DNA of 59,047 nt, from positions 1 to 59,047 of the forward strand of contig CABYOM010000004.1 in the NCBI GenBank assembly GCA_902520595.1. The letters run 5' to 3'. The notes below the pieces were generated by a model, which saw only the letters and a program-made list of their open reading frames with translations, searched no databases and was not told where the DNA came from. Below are positions 58,609-59,047 of this stretch, piece after piece. Source of the DNA: an uncultured Candidatus Poseidoniales archaeon (lineage in GTDB: Archaea > Thermoplasmatota > Poseidoniia > Poseidoniales > Poseidoniaceae). How positions within the stretch are numbered: position 1 is the first letter of the stretch; each line of letters opens with the position of its first letter. A program made the position numbers and the translations under genes.

Positions 58609-59047
58609 ATGGCAGATATTCACTACTTAGAGAATCCTCTTGAGACAGAGGAACTCTTGGAGTTATTATGTCCACCCGTTCGCAACTGGTTCAAAGATAA
58701 ATTTCCTGATTTTACCGACCCGCAAAAATTAGCAATTCCAGCCATAATGGAACAAGAGCATTTGCTGCTTTGTTCACCAACAGGTTCTGGAAAAACGCTC
58801 ACAGCATTCCTCTCGATAATTGATCAACTCGTCCGTCGAGCATTAGATAATAAATTGGATAAACGCGTATACTGTGTTTACATCTCGCCAATCAAAGCCC
58901 TTGCAAACGACATTGAGCGCAATTTAATCGGTCCATTGACAGAAATTTCAGAATCGTATTTACCGAGTCGAGCACAAGAGATTAAAGTCGGCCTTCGAAC
59001 TGGAGATACGCCCCAGTCAGAGCGTCAAAAGATGCTTCGCAATCCCC
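58609..59047 (+). CDS. lhr: Lhr-family helicase, N-terminal portion (runs off the window; absent from the ORF track)
   Basis: Manual translation: MADIHYLENP...VRNWFKDKFPDFTDPQKLAIP...SPTGSGKTLTAFL...YISPIKALANDIERNL...VGLRTGDTPQSERQKMLRNP (Q motif, Walker A, motif Ia). Confidence 0.9.
   Translation, partial: MADIHYLENPLETEELLELLCPPVRNWFKDKFPDFTDPQKLAIPAIMEQEHLLLCSPTGSGKTLTAFLSIIDQLVRRALDNKLDKRVYCVYISPIKALANDIERNLIGPLTEISESYLPSRAQEIKVGLRTGDTPQSERQKMLRNP

Noticed and set aside
1-59047. tRNA, rRNA and SRP RNA genes
   Set aside because: No cloverleaf or conserved rRNA/SRP signature was seen in the intergenic spaces by eye; tRNAscan-SE and Infernal would confirm.

Overview
Archaeal chromosomal fragment. 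The gene set and protein styles point to Marine Group II / Poseidoniales (Thermoplasmatota), which is an inference. Both ends fall inside genes, so this may be a whole contig. Most of it is housekeeping: mqnA/mqnE, a P-type ATPase, an OPT transporter, split transketolase plus transaldolase, proS, isoprenoid genes (thiolase with DUF35 partner, IPK, an IDI1-GGPPS fusion, UbiD), rps12-rps7-EF2, the proteasome/exosome superoperon, dph6, purB, tiaS, an archaeosortase, a large Ca-binding surface protein and Lhr. No rRNA, tRNA, CRISPR array, transposase or integrase was recognised. Five things stand out. (1) An accessory island of membrane-protein genes (about 14.7-21.7 kb) has spacers carrying a family of palindromic sites (ACRAGGG...CCCTTGT). 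These include three 27-bp sites in alternating orientation with a XerD-arm-like core and a ~170-nt fold-back, making a candidate gene-cassette recombination system. (2) The Lhr helicase is split head-to-head by an apparent intragenic inversion, which could be a real switch or an MDA/assembly chimera. (3) A MamK-like actin sits beside a double zinc-ribbon protein. (4) A kinase-less 7TM-type receptor carries EF-hands. (5) A non-canonical TATA-position box (NTTSAWRR) lies 22-24 nt before many start codons.
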